Source of the DNA: Rubritalea sp.
GTDB taxonomy: Bacteria; Verrucomicrobiota; Verrucomicrobiia; Verrucomicrobiales; Akkermansiaceae
Direction: 5' to 3'
Assembly (NCBI RefSeq): GCF_051252225.1
Contig: NZ_JBPOGE010000009.1
Span: 33,709 to 97,708 of the forward strand
Length of the DNA stretch: 64,000 bases
Within the stretch, counting starts at the first letter, position 1. Each line of letters opens with the position of its first letter. The translations under genes were made by a program, and so were the position numbers. The notes under the pieces were generated by a model. The model did no database searches. It worked only from the letters and a program-made list of their open reading frames with translations, and was not told where the DNA came from. Shown piece after piece: positions 1 to 10,152 of this stretch.

Positions 1-2
1 AA

Positions 3-257
3 CACAAACACGGCAATGAGTTCACTCCTCCCTACGTTTTGTTAGATCTCATTCTGGAGCTCTACATAGACTATCAGCAATCCGGAGAGGATATTATAAC
101 TGGTCACGGCTATGATGAATCGACAGTAAGATGGGTTCAGAGAAAGGTAGATCTCAACGAGTGGAAGCGTCAACAGGCAGCTCCTAGTATTCGCGTCACC
201 TCTAAAGCTTTTGGAATGAGTCGTAGAATGCCGATGGTGCAGAGCTTTGTAGACTAA
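3..257 (+). CDS. nadE: NAD+ synthetase, C-terminal end (gene starts before the window)
   Basis: Frame open from the window edge. PPY..LD.ILELY and VDLNEWKRQQAAPSIRVTSKAFG..RRMP are the typical NadE C-terminus. Confidence 0.85.
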   Translation, partial: HKHGNEFTPPYVLLDLILELYIDYQQSGEDIITGHGYDESTVRWVQRKVDLNEWKRQQAAPSIRVTSKAFGMSRRMPMVQSFVD

Positions 258-289
258 GTAGTAGAATTTATGTTAGTTTCCTTCTTAAG

Positions 290-1945
290 ATGCTAGTCGC
301 CACTCGTAATAAGCGTCAGGGTAACGTTTTGTTTCGCGCTCTGATCATTCTGCTCCTAGTTATACTAGGTGGCTCTGGTGTGTTCCTCTATTTGAGAAGT
401 GTGGAGTTTAAGAAGCTACGCGTCGCTAAGCTGGAGCGTGTTGCTGAGGCTGAAAGGGATCTTGCTGAAAAGATTCAGAGTAATGTTAATCAGGCTGAAG
501 TCGCGATATCTGATGGGGCATTGGATGAGGCAAAAGACCATCTACGCAGAGCGTCTTTGTTCGACGTGAATGCAGCGTATCAGATGGAAATTGCTCGTGT
601 GACTGGGGTTTATCTTAAGGCTCAGAGAGACAAGCGAAGAGAAGGAGTCATGAAATCTTACCAATCGTCTCTAAACGAGAACAACTTCACAAATGCCATA
701 GAGCTTATTGAGGGGAATCATGACTTATTTAACGAAAGCGACATTTCGAAACTGAGATTTAAAGTAGAAGAAAAAAGGCAAGAGCTTTTGCGTAAAGCAG
801 TATTGAAGTTTAAAGAGGCTCTTAATCATTGGGAGTTAGAGTCTGCAGATGAGGCCCTTGTTGAAATGGAGCTGTGCACGGAGAGTTCCGAGCTCGTGCG
901 CCATACTAAAACTCTCAAAGCCCGAAGAGTTGCAGATAAGCAGGCTCGTGCCTTGGGTGAGAATATACGCTCGCTCGACAAAGGGGCGTTTTCACCTGAA
1001 GTTCATCACAAAATTTCGAGTGCACTACGAAACTATCCAGGGCACCCAGAGTTATGTGAACTGAAGCAGCGTCTAGATACCTACCTCATGGAGATTGATG
1101 TCCCTGGCGACTTTGCCAGCCTCGAAGAGGCTTTGATTGTTGCTCCTGAGAAATGTCACATCCGACTAGGCGCAGGAGTTTTCTTTATTCAGGTGACTAT
1201 TGATAAGGAAATGATGATTTCAGGTCTCGGCCCGAATGTGACCATCTTAGAAGGGGTTTCTTCACCCGTGCCGATGCTCAAAATTGAGAACAAACAAGGT
1301 GTCGTAAAGCTTTCAGAGCTTCAGTTGCGTGGCACTGATTATAAGCAAATTCGGCCACAATCCTTGGTATTGATTGATGGGGTATCCGTTGATTTTAGTA
1401 ATGTGGTTATTACCAACTCCTCGGGCCACGGGGTGGAAATTGCAAGCGGTGCTGTGAGGTTTGAATCCCTGCTTGCGCATCACAACCATAATGACGGGGT
1501 GGCTGTACACGGTGTTAGCTCTACCGTCGAAATGATTGATAGCGAACTATACCTCAATGGGGGAAGTGGGTGTAATACTTGGGAGGGTGCGTCACTGAGG
1601 CTTTCCCGTTGCTCGGCGCAAAACAATGCTCAATCCGGCGTGGTCGCAATCGGTGAAGGGACTGCTCTAACGGTGGACGAGTCGACTGTTTCCTTCAATA
1701 CCCATTCGGGTGTCTACGTGAGTAAAGGAGCTAGAGCTAAAGTCTCAAAATCTCAAATCTCGAAGAATGCTCACTCAGGAGTTTTCGCTCAATGGCCCAA
1801 TACGGCGCTGAGTGTTGTTAGATCTCAAATCACCGACAACGAGGAGTTTGGAATAGTCTGTGACCCTCAAGTAGAGCTTGAAGTAATGGGTACTGAGTTT
1901 GAGGGGAATGCTCTGGGCGGGAAGTTATTGAAAATCATACGCTAG
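290..1945 (+). CDS. Membrane-anchored protein with helical N-region and C-terminal right-handed beta-helix (pectin-lyase-like) repeats
   Basis: N-terminal TM (ALIILLLVILGGSGVFLYL), IDVPGDFASLEEAL lead-in, then repeated N..SGV.v ~23-aa beta-helix turns. Confidence 0.7.
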   Translation: MLVATRNKRQGNVLFRALIILLLVILGGSGVFLYLRSVEFKKLRVAKLERVAEAERDLAEKIQSNVNQAEVAISDGALDEAKDHLRRASLFDVNAAYQMEIARVTGVYLKAQRDKRREGVMKSYQSSLNENNFTNAIELIEGNHDLFNESDISKLRFKVEEKRQELLRKAVLKFKEALNHWELESADEALVEMELCTESSELVRHTKTLKARRVADKQARALGENIRSLDKGAFSPEVHHKISSALRNYPGHPELCELKQRLDTYLMEIDVPGDFASLEEALIVAPEKCHIRLGAGVFFIQVTIDKEMMISGLGPNVTILEGVSSPVPMLKIENKQGVVKLSELQLRGTDYKQIRPQSLVLIDGVSVDFSNVVITNSSGHGVEIASGAVRFESLLAHHNHNDGVAVHGVSSTVEMIDSELYLNGGSGCNTWEGASLRLSRCSAQNNAQSGVVAIGEGTALTVDESTVSFNTHSGVYVSKGARAKVSKSQISKNAHSGVFAQWPNTALSVVRSQITDNEEFGIVCDPQVELEVMGTEFEGNALGGKLLKIIR

Positions 1946-2026
1946 TCAGCATTTAGTTGCTACTTATTCCGTCTTTCCCCATTCCTGATTTGACACTAGC
2001 GCTTGAGCTAGATTCTATCTCGCTCC

Positions 2027-4021
2027 ATGGCAACAGGCTTTTCCTTTTCCAGTCTCAATGATGGACAGCGCGCAGCGGTAGACGCAATTGATGGTCCAGT
2101 ATTGATCCTAGCAGGAGCTGGTACTGGTAAAACGCGTACAGTGACATGTAGGATTGCCCACATGTTGCAGAAGGGGGTGCTGCCTGAGAATATTCTAGCA
2201 GTGACTTTCACCAATAAGTCAGCTTCTGAAATGAAGGAGCGCGTGGCTGGCATGGTTTCGAAATCGGCAGCAGACGTAATGACTGTTTGTACATTCCACT
2301 CACTCTGTGTGCGCATTCTAAGAGAGGGAATTGAAAAGCTCGGTTACAAAAAAAACTTCACAATCTATTCCGGACAAGACCAGATCGGCATGATTAAGCA
2401 GCTTATCGTTCGCAAAGGTGGTAAGGATCTTAACCTAGATGCGAATCAGGTGATTAGTCTGATTTCGAACAATAAAAATGCGGGGATTCCTGCGGATGAT
2501 CAAGCTGATGACTTGGTCGCCGAGATTGCTAAAGCCTATAACAATGAATTAAGAACTCAGAATGCTGTCGATTTTGATGACTTACTGCTTTTAGCTGAAA
2601 AACTTTTGCGGGAGCATAGCGATGTCCGTGAGAATATACGTAAGAAGTACACCCATGTCACGGTGGATGAGTTTCAGGACACCAATGGCCTGCAAATGAA
2701 GCTTCTGCAGCAGCTTGTGGGTGAGCCTTTCAATATCTGTGTAGTGGGAGACGATGATCAATCGATTTATGGATGGCGTGGTGCAGATGTGACTAACATC
2801 CTACAGTTCGAAAGGTTCTTCCCGAACCCAAAGGTTATTCTCCTGGAGGTGAATTATCGTTCATCAGCGGCAGTACTAAATACGGCCAACTCGCTGATTA
2901 AGCACAACCTTGGGCGTAGAGAGAAAGAGCTTAAACCGCATAAACCCGGTGGGAAGCCACTTCGCCTCATCACTATGCCTGGTGACGAAGAGGAGGCGCA
3001 ATTCATTGCCGAGGAGATGCACGAGCGCAATGCTGTGGAAAAAACTCCATGGGAAGATTTCGCCATATTGTTCCGAACTAATGGTCAAAGCCGTAATCTA
3101 GAAGCGGCAATGCGCGAGATGAAAATCCCATACCGTATGGTAGGTGCGCAGAGTTTTTACGACCGCAAAGAAGTGCGAGATTGTATTGCCTACTTACAGG
3201 TTTTGAATAGCCCGATCTCAGATGTCCCGCTTCTACGTATTCTGAATGCTCCGCCTAGGGGTATTGGTCAGGGGTCGACCTTATTGATCACTGAGGCTAG
3301 CCGCGAACGTGAGTGTAGCATCTGGGAAGCAATGGGGGTGGAGGATGTGCTAAGCCAAGTCAGTACTAAGGTGCGTAACTCTGTAAACGCCTTTGTCGAG
3401 TTGACCCTAAAATACCATGAACGGATTCTTAAAAATGAAGAGCCAATGGGGCTGGTTTTTAAGGAGTTCCTTGGTGAAGTTGGCTTTGAAGAATGGATCT
3501 GGCGTTACTGTAAGACTGATAATGAAAAGCAACAGCGCTCCGAGGGTATAAATGATCTGATCTCAGACCTGAATTTTGCCTCGTCCAAAAATAAGACACT
3601 TCAGAAGTTTCTCGATCATATGGCGCTGCAGTCAGATAAAGACGATGATATTGAAAAGCAAAAAGGAGTTTGCATGATCACACTGCACGCCTCCAAGGGG
3701 CTAGAATTCCCTAATGTTTATCTTGTGGGTCTCGAAAATGGTATCCTCCCTCACAAACGTAGTCTTGAAGAAGGGACAACGGATGAGGAACGTCGATTAC
3801 TCTACGTTGGGATTACTCGTGCGCAGGATGAGTTTACTATGAGTTATTGCGCTTGGCGTACTAAGTACGGTGAAAAAGCTAGCTGTGAACCGAGCCAATT
3901 CCTCAAGGAGCTTTCTTTCGCAGACATCATCGAACAGGATTACGACGACATTATGGGAGCTGAGGCGACCGAAGAGGAGACCGAGAGTTTCTTCGATGGC
4001 TTAAAAAGCCTGCTCGAATAG
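2027..4021 (+). CDS. uvrD: UvrD/Rep/PcrA superfamily-1 DNA helicase (copy 1)
   Basis: AGAGTGKT Walker A, VDEFQDTN Walker B, VGDDDQSIYGWRGA, NYRS, TLHASKGLEF, EERRLLYVGITRA. Confidence 0.95.
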   Translation: MATGFSFSSLNDGQRAAVDAIDGPVLILAGAGTGKTRTVTCRIAHMLQKGVLPENILAVTFTNKSASEMKERVAGMVSKSAADVMTVCTFHSLCVRILREGIEKLGYKKNFTIYSGQDQIGMIKQLIVRKGGKDLNLDANQVISLISNNKNAGIPADDQADDLVAEIAKAYNNELRTQNAVDFDDLLLLAEKLLREHSDVRENIRKKYTHVTVDEFQDTNGLQMKLLQQLVGEPFNICVVGDDDQSIYGWRGADVTNILQFERFFPNPKVILLEVNYRSSAAVLNTANSLIKHNLGRREKELKPHKPGGKPLRLITMPGDEEEAQFIAEEMHERNAVEKTPWEDFAILFRTNGQSRNLEAAMREMKIPYRMVGAQSFYDRKEVRDCIAYLQVLNSPISDVPLLRILNAPPRGIGQGSTLLITEASRERECSIWEAMGVEDVLSQVSTKVRNSVNAFVELTLKYHERILKNEEPMGLVFKEFLGEVGFEEWIWRYCKTDNEKQQRSEGINDLISDLNFASSKNKTLQKFLDHMALQSDKDDDIEKQKGVCMITLHASKGLEFPNVYLVGLENGILPHKRSLEEGTTDEERRLLYVGITRAQDEFTMSYCAWRTKYGEKASCEPSQFLKELSFADIIEQDYDDIMGAEATEEETESFFDGLKSLLE

Positions 4022-4049
4022 GTCGACATAACGTCGAGTCACGCTAAAT

Positions 4050-4083
4050 AAAAAAGGCCACCCAAATGAATGGATGGCCTTTT
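4050..4083. terminator. Bidirectional intrinsic terminator between convergent uvrD and rpsP
   Basis: AAAAAAGGCCAcCCA-AATGAA-TGGaTGGCCTTTT hairpin with A/T tracts on both sides. Confidence 0.8.
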
Positions 4084-4106
4084 CGTGTAAAATCTTGAAG
4101 TAAGAA

Positions 4107-4358
4107 TTAAGCTTCGAGAGCTGCTTTCTTCGCTTTCTTGATGATGTCACGTACTGTGTCAGAAGGCTGTGCGCCATTGCCGATCCAGCTGTCTACTTTC
4201 ACAAGATCAATTGTGAAGTTAGTGCCTTCTTGCATTGGGTTATATGTTCCGAGCTGATCGATGTAACGGCCGTCACGACGTGCGCGGCTGTCAACTGCTA
4301 CGATCTTGTAGTAAGGACGATCTTTCGTGCCTTGGCGATTTAGTCTTAGTGCTACCAT
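4107..4358 (-). CDS. rpsP: 30S ribosomal protein S16
   Basis: [33 protein letters not shown] signature. Confidence 0.97.
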   Translation of the reverse strand: MVALRLNRQGTKDRPYYKIVAVDSRARRDGRYIDQLGTYNPMQEGTNFTIDLVKVDSWIGNGAQPSDTVRDIIKKAKKAALEA

Positions 4359-4533
4359 AATAATATGTGTTTATTTGATAAACGCTTTCCCATTGGTGGG
4401 TCGGCGGGTGCGCGGAACTTGCACAGAACTAGGTGTATTGCCAAGTCAAATCTACCGAAATTGATTGATCTTGACGCAGCTATGTCAAAAAAAGTCGAAT
4501 ATCACCTAGATTGTTGGTTGCTGAAATGGGAAT

Positions 4534-4573
4534 TGGTGCTAAGAAGTCGCTCCGCTAAGAACTTTTAGCACCA
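4534..4573 (+). other. Inverted repeat (13-bp stem, 1-nt bulge) in the obgE leader
   Basis: TGGTGCTAA(G)AAGT-13 nt-ACTTTTAGCACCA ending 24 nt before the obgE ATG. Function unknown. Confidence 0.4.
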
Positions 4574-4596
4574 TTATTTAACTCATTAACGAAGCC

Positions 4597-5703
4597 ATGT
4601 TTGTCGATAATATCCGCGTATACTGTAAGGCCGGGGACGGTGGTAACGGAGTAGTACACTTCCGTCGTGAAAAGTATTTACCAAAAGGTGGTCCTGATGG
4701 TGGCGACGGTGGTGATGGTGGTGACATCATTATTGAATGCAGTGCAAACACTGATAATCTACGTGAGTTCTTCTACGACCCTAAGCTAGTTGCTAAAGGA
4801 GGCGCCCATGGTGCAGGAGCACGTAAGCACGGTAAAAACGGCAAGAAAGTGATCGCACGTGTTCCTCCAGGAACCGTCATCTACAAAAGCCCTGCACTCA
4901 CCATTAAGGATGCAGTTGAACTTGAGCGCAACGAGGGAATCGACCTTGAGCCTATTGCTGACCTCACTAAGCCAGGAGACACTTTCGTGCTCTGCCAAGG
5001 CGGTAAGGGCGGCAAGGGTAACTGGCACTATAAGTCATCCATAAACCGGGCTCCTGAGGAGCACACTCTCGGGACTGAAGGTGATGAGTCGGTCTACTAC
5101 TTTGAGCTACGCCGTATCGCTGAGGCAGGTATGGTTGGTTTCCCTAATGCGGGTAAGTCAACATTGGTAGGAAAGCTTTCTGCTGCCGCTCCTAAGATTG
5201 GCAACTATCCCTTCACCACGTTGAAGCCCACTGTAGGTGTGGTTGAGTTTCCAGGTTTCCGTCGCTGTACTGTAGCGGACATTCCGGGACTTATTGAGGG
5301 CGCGCACGAGAATCGTGGCCTCGGGCACGAATTTTTAAGACACATCACTCGTTGTCACCTTCTTCTATTCGTAGTTGATATGGCTGGATTTGACGGTCGT
5401 GATCCTATCGAAGATCTGCAAACACTTCGTACAGAAGTTAAGATGTATGATGAAGAGCTCGCTGAGTTTCCATGGATCGTGGTAGCTAACAAGATGGATC
5501 TCGAGGGTGCTGAGGAGAATCTCGCAAACTTCAAAATACGTTTCCCTAAGGTGAAAATCATTCCGATTTCAGCAGAAAGTGAATTGGGGCTCGGCGATCT
5601 ACGTGAGTATCTCGATGAAACTGTGGGCTATCACTTGCATGCAGTGAATCTTGAAGAGGATACTGAATCTAGTGAAGAATCAGATGCTCCTGAAGAGGCT
5701 TAA
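4597..5703 (+). CDS. obgE: GTPase ObgE/CgtA
   Basis: Gly-rich Obg domain (GGPDGGDGGDGG), GFPNAGKST, YPFTT, DIPGLIEGA, NKMD. Confidence 0.97.
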   Translation: MFVDNIRVYCKAGDGGNGVVHFRREKYLPKGGPDGGDGGDGGDIIIECSANTDNLREFFYDPKLVAKGGAHGAGARKHGKNGKKVIARVPPGTVIYKSPALTIKDAVELERNEGIDLEPIADLTKPGDTFVLCQGGKGGKGNWHYKSSINRAPEEHTLGTEGDESVYYFELRRIAEAGMVGFPNAGKSTLVGKLSAAAPKIGNYPFTTLKPTVGVVEFPGFRRCTVADIPGLIEGAHENRGLGHEFLRHITRCHLLLFVVDMAGFDGRDPIEDLQTLRTEVKMYDEELAEFPWIVVANKMDLEGAEENLANFKIRFPKVKIIPISAESELGLGDLREYLDETVGYHLHAVNLEEDTESSEESDAPEEA

Positions 5704-5758
5704 TGAGTTAACCCTTAGATCTTAGGGGTGTGAATTTACGCACTCTATTGAAATTGAA

Positions 5759-6130
5759 ATGAGCCCTTCTGAATTAGTTTTCGTATACGGAACTTTACGG
5801 AAGGGGGCATCAAACGCGCAACGCATGACGTCTGCGCGTTTTTTATTTGCAGCATTCTTGCCTGGAGAAATGTACCGAGTGGATTGGTATCCCGGTGTGG
5901 TTTTGGGCGAAGGGTCTAAGGTTATCGGAGAAGTTTACGAGGTGTCACTGGAACTCCTTAAGGAGCTCGATAGGTACGAGGGGTATGAATATGAGTGCAC
6001 TCGCGTATCTGTAGAGGATTCAGTTGGCGTGACTCATGATGTGCTGGTTTATGCTTACAGTCAGGATACAAAAAACCTCCAGAAAATCCCGAGTGGAGAT
6101 TGGCTGGAGGTCGAGAGGGGGATTTCGTGA
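5759..6130 (+). CDS. Gamma-glutamylcyclotransferase (AIG2-like) family protein
   Basis: VFVYGTLRKG, YPG, GEVYEV, LD.YEG motifs. Confidence 0.85.
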   Translation: MSPSELVFVYGTLRKGASNAQRMTSARFLFAAFLPGEMYRVDWYPGVVLGEGSKVIGEVYEVSLELLKELDRYEGYEYECTRVSVEDSVGVTHDVLVYAYSQDTKNLQKIPSGDWLEVERGIS

Positions 6131-6133
6131 AAA

Positions 6134-6688
6134 TTAGCGGGTTGTAAGACCTACGTTTTTGTTCACGAGAGTGATTTTATATGGATCGTAATTATCTCTC
6201 GGTGAGAAAATCCAGCCCGGTGCGCGGTCGAGCACTTGGTAGCCAGAGGCTTTAAATTCAGGTAAAAAGAGGTTGCTGGCTGGATCGTAAATTTTGCGAC
6301 CGGTGTAGGAGCCTGTGAGCTTGTATTCGTAATTCTGATCATACCCGTGGCGGGCGTTTGATGGACCATCTTCCGGGAGGCGGTCTGGCTGCGGGCGCAC
6401 GGATTCATTCATCATGACGAGCTTGGCCTCTGACCAAGGTTGACGTGGTTTACGCACGTAGCCCCAGAAGCGGGTCTTAGAGACAAAGTAGCGGCGAGCA
6501 TAGTAGAAGTCGCCAGTTGGCTCCGTGAGGATATCTAGCTGACGTTGCTCTGCAGTAATCTCTTTACCTCCAAGACTGGAGGACGAGCCTGAGCCGCCGA
6601 TCGTGCCAGCGCAGTTCGTGAGGTTGATGGCTACTAAAGCGGAGGCAATTACTGTGAGACCTCTTGCTATGAATGAATGCATGCGCAC
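6134..6688 (-). CDS. Hypothetical lipoprotein
   Basis: Basic N-terminus, hydrophobic stretch and lipobox-like LTNC followed by a Gly/Ser linker. Confidence 0.6.
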   Translation of the reverse strand: MRMHSFIARGLTVIASALVAINLTNCAGTIGGSGSSSSLGGKEITAEQRQLDILTEPTGDFYYARRYFVSKTRFWGYVRKPRQPWSEAKLVMMNESVRPQPDRLPEDGPSNARHGYDQNYEYKLTGSYTGRKIYDPASNLFLPEFKASGYQVLDRAPGWIFSPRDNYDPYKITLVNKNVGLTTR

Positions 6689-6936
6689 ATCTTTTACGGA
6701 TAGTCTAATGCGTCAAGATCAAGCAGGGCACGTGCAACACTTATTAATTCCGCATTACATACATTGTGTTAAGTTATTAATGTGTTTAAATGAGCTTTGA
6801 TTTAACCATATTGTAATGTTTCTGTGTGAATTGTGCTTTTGAGAAGCACTGTAGGCTTGCTTGCTTGCGCATGCAGATTTATTGAATTTGCGTACACGCT
6901 CATTAGAGCCAACACCAACACAACTTTATATTTCAA

Positions 6937-8208
6937 GTGCCACTCAACGACATACGCAAAAAAATCGATGAGATTGATTCCCAGCTCATTCAGATCCTCA
7001 ACGACCGCGCTTTGAGTTCCGGCACTGAGTCCCTACAAACCGAGTCAGAGTTGCGCAACAAATTGGACAGCCTCAGTGATGGGCGCATCCCAGCGGATTC
7101 GATGTTCTACATTTACCGCGAAATCGTCTCATCTGGTTTGGCTCTCAGCGATGATTCTCAGCTAGCAAAACTCGTTGAGCTCCTCAATGACCGTGCGGAT
7201 TGTGTTCACGTCGTTGGTGAAATTAAGAAAAAAGAAGGTTTGCAGATTTATGCACCTGAGCGTGAAGAATCTCTCCTTCGTAAGCTTTCAGCGCTCAGTG
7301 ATGGCGTAATCCCTGAGAAATCTATCCGAGCGATTTATCGTGAGATCATGTCTGCAGCTCTAGCGCTCGAGGATGATCTTAAAATTGCCTACCTCGGACC
7401 TGAAGGTACTTGGACACACCAAGCTGCCATTTCTAAATTTGGCCACAGTGTTACCTATTTACCTCAGGCTAATTTTGCGGATGTTTTCGAATGTGTTAAT
7501 GATGGCGAAGCCAGTTATGGCGTTGTTCCTATTGAGAATTCAACCGAAGGAGCCGTTTCTCACACGCTCGATCTATTTGTAGATTCTCCATTAAAGATTT
7601 GCGCTCAGATTTTGATGCGTATCGAAAATGGTCTCATGGCTAGTATTTCACGCGATTCCATAAAAACTCTTTATTCACACCCACAGGTGTTCGGGCAATG
7701 TAAGCATTGGATAATAGACAATCTTCCGGATGCCGACCTCGTAGAAGTCTCTTCGACCACTAAGGCTGCTAGCATCGCCAAAGATAAAGCAAATGAAGGT
7801 GCTGCCGCTATGGGTGGCCCTTTAGCTGCTGAAATGTATGGCTTGAACATGCTGGAGTCTGGCATCCAGGATAACTCTAATAATACCACACGCTTTCTAG
7901 TGATTGGCGAGAAAACATGTCCGCCTACTGGTGACGACAGGACCTCCCTGCTCTTTTCCGTTAAAGACGAGCCAGGATCCCTAGTCAAAGCTCTGCAAAC
8001 CTTTCAAGGTCAATCGATCAACATGTCTAAGATCGAATCTCGTCCATCGAAACAACGCGTCTGGGAGTATTACTTCTACGTCGATATTTCAGCTCATGCT
8101 GAAGATGCCAATGTAGTACGCGCCCTCGCCCAACTTGAGGAGCATTGCTCGATGATTAAGATTCTAGGCAGCTATCAAGATATGAAAATTTCAAACACAA
8201 CTAACTAA
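6937..8208 (+). CDS. pheA: Chorismate mutase/prephenate dehydratase with a duplicated chorismate-mutase domain
   Basis: GTG start. AYLGPEGTWT, PIENSTEG, NTTRFLVIG PDT motifs and ACT domain (KIESRPS). Two AroQ-like repeats in the first ~145 aa. Confidence 0.93.
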   Translation: MPLNDIRKKIDEIDSQLIQILNDRALSSGTESLQTESELRNKLDSLSDGRIPADSMFYIYREIVSSGLALSDDSQLAKLVELLNDRADCVHVVGEIKKKEGLQIYAPEREESLLRKLSALSDGVIPEKSIRAIYREIMSAALALEDDLKIAYLGPEGTWTHQAAISKFGHSVTYLPQANFADVFECVNDGEASYGVVPIENSTEGAVSHTLDLFVDSPLKICAQILMRIENGLMASISRDSIKTLYSHPQVFGQCKHWIIDNLPDADLVEVSSTTKAASIAKDKANEGAAAMGGPLAAEMYGLNMLESGIQDNSNNTTRFLVIGEKTCPPTGDDRTSLLFSVKDEPGSLVKALQTFQGQSINMSKIESRPSKQRVWEYYFYVDISAHAEDANVVRALAQLEEHCSMIKILGSYQDMKISNTTN

Positions 8209-8213
8209 CAATC

Positions 8214-9512
8214 ATGCACTCCTTCGAATACAAGAATGGCTCACTTTATTGTGAAGACGTAAACCTTCAGCAAGTTGCTGAGGAGTTTGGTACACCTACT
8301 TATGTGTACAGCGCTGGCACGCTTCGTGATAACTACACACGTCTCGACAATGCTCTAACTGGGCTCGATCACGGCATCGAGTACGCTGTGAAAGCGAATT
8401 CCAACCTCTCAGTTCTCAAGCTTCTTGCTGAGCTTGGGTCTGGATTTGATATCGTTTCAGCTGGTGAGCTCAAGCGCATCATCGCCGCTGGTGGAGATCC
8501 AGGGAAATGTACTTTCGCGGGTGTTGGTAAAACTCGTGCAGAGATCGTGTACGCTATTGAACAAGAAATTTATTGCTTCAATGCTGAGTCTGAAGCTGAG
8601 GTTGCCTTCATTGATAAAGTCGCTGGTGAGCTTGGTAAGAAGGCCCCTGTTGCGATTCGCGTGAATCCAAATGTGGACGCGAAGACTCACAAGTATATTT
8701 CGACTGGTAAGTCAGAGAATAAGTTTGGTGTCGATTTTGAATCTATCGAAGCAGCATATGAGCGCGCATCGAAGTTAGAAAACATCACACTTCGTGGACT
8801 TCAAATGCATATCGGTTCTCAGCTCACTGACGTGAAGCCATTTATCGAAGCTGCTGAAAAAGTGGCTCCACTTGCAGCGAAGCTCAAAGAGCTATACAGC
8901 ATCGAGTTTTTCTCTATCGGTGGTGGTGTCGGCATAGTTTATTCCCCTGCTCTTGCTTCCGGTTCTCAGGCTTGGTGGGACAGCCACACAGAAGAAGCTC
9001 GTCCACTCACACCAGAAAAATATGCAGCTGGTGTTGTGCCGTTCCTTAAAGATCTTGGTTTGAAAATTCTTGTTGAGCCAGGTCGCTATATCTCTGGAAA
9101 TGCGGGTGTTTTACTCACCGAATGTCTCTATGAGAAGAAAGGTTCAGCTAAAACATTTAAGATAGTGGATGCTGGTATGAATGACTTAATCCGCCCAGCT
9201 CTCTACGAAGGTCACCACGAGATCGTCCCAGTAGCTGAGCCTACTAAAGAGACTCCACACATCGCTATGGATGTGGTTGGCCCTATTTGCGAGACAGGTG
9301 ATTTCTTCTGTCAGAATCGCGATCTTCCAGACTTTGCTGAAGGTGAGTTTGTTGCCCTCCTAAGCGCTGGCGCTTACGGATTCGTGATGGCTTCTAATTA
9401 TAACACACGCGGTCTTCCAGCCGAGGTGTTAGTGGATGGCGCAGCTAGAAAAGTGATTCGCCCACGTCAGACTGTTGAGGATATCCTCGCAGCTGAAATT
9501 GCTAATCTTTAA
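8214..9512 (+). CDS. lysA: Diaminopimelate decarboxylase
   Basis: YAVKAN PLP lysine, HIGSQ, EPGR, GPICETGD, GAYG..MASNYN. Confidence 0.96.
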   Translation: MHSFEYKNGSLYCEDVNLQQVAEEFGTPTYVYSAGTLRDNYTRLDNALTGLDHGIEYAVKANSNLSVLKLLAELGSGFDIVSAGELKRIIAAGGDPGKCTFAGVGKTRAEIVYAIEQEIYCFNAESEAEVAFIDKVAGELGKKAPVAIRVNPNVDAKTHKYISTGKSENKFGVDFESIEAAYERASKLENITLRGLQMHIGSQLTDVKPFIEAAEKVAPLAAKLKELYSIEFFSIGGGVGIVYSPALASGSQAWWDSHTEEARPLTPEKYAAGVVPFLKDLGLKILVEPGRYISGNAGVLLTECLYEKKGSAKTFKIVDAGMNDLIRPALYEGHHEIVPVAEPTKETPHIAMDVVGPICETGDFFCQNRDLPDFAEGEFVALLSAGAYGFVMASNYNTRGLPAEVLVDGAARKVIRPRQTVEDILAAEIANL

Positions 9513-10146
9513 GGACCAGCTTTAGAAGAACTCCAGGGATAAGCCGCGACCAAGGTACGGCACGAATGGAGCAGACCAATGACTCTTCTTCTGATAATCT
9601 CGGAACAAGACGTAATTTTTCGATGCGGCTCACCATTAGGTGGGCCGCTTCTTTTTCCACTGGCATACTGAGCCAGAGCATAACAGCGCTGAGTCCCAGG
9701 CTGAAGGCAAAGAGAGAGATCCCTATGATGGGCGGGAGTTTCCCTAGTAGACAACTGAAGCTTACTATGAGGGTCATGAAGAGTGGTGCTAGATGACCGA
9801 GTTTTAACATCTTCAGTCTAAACTCGATTGGGCCAGAATGATTCTCATGTAGCAGTAGCATGCCCAAATCTAGCGAAGCTCTGGCATGGTGCGCGGTGTG
9901 ATAGCTAGTCTCGTAGCTTGCAGGTAAAGTGAGAGTCCTGCCGGGGCAATTGATAGCCCCACGCTTTCCTTTATACTGGATGGTAATGTCCTCTCGGCCA
10001 GTAGTGGCTAAAAATTTATCGAGAAAAACCTTCACGCTGAGGCTTATTTTCTGATCACCGACTAGATGCCGGAGGCCAAAAATATTAGCGAACAAGCCAC
10101 CTGCAATGAAGGGTGCCAAAGACACCAATATCAATAATCTCCACAT
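9502..10146 (-). CDS. Membrane protein resembling putative neutral zinc metallopeptidases, HExxH degenerate
   Basis: TLTLP..Y..S..A...A-LDLGM occupies the position of the family's AAHEVGH. TM pattern and LPVE..A-like SMPVEKEAA follow. Confidence 0.5.
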   Translation of the reverse strand: MWRLLILVSLAPFIAGGLFANIFGLRHLVGDQKISLSVKVFLDKFLATTGREDITIQYKGKRGAINCPGRTLTLPASYETSYHTAHHARASLDLGMLLLHENHSGPIEFRLKMLKLGHLAPLFMTLIVSFSCLLGKLPPIIGISLFAFSLGLSAVMLWLSMPVEKEAAHLMVSRIEKLRLVPRLSEEESLVCSIRAVPWSRLIPGVLLKLVLKD

Positions 10147-10152
10147 AGCTGA

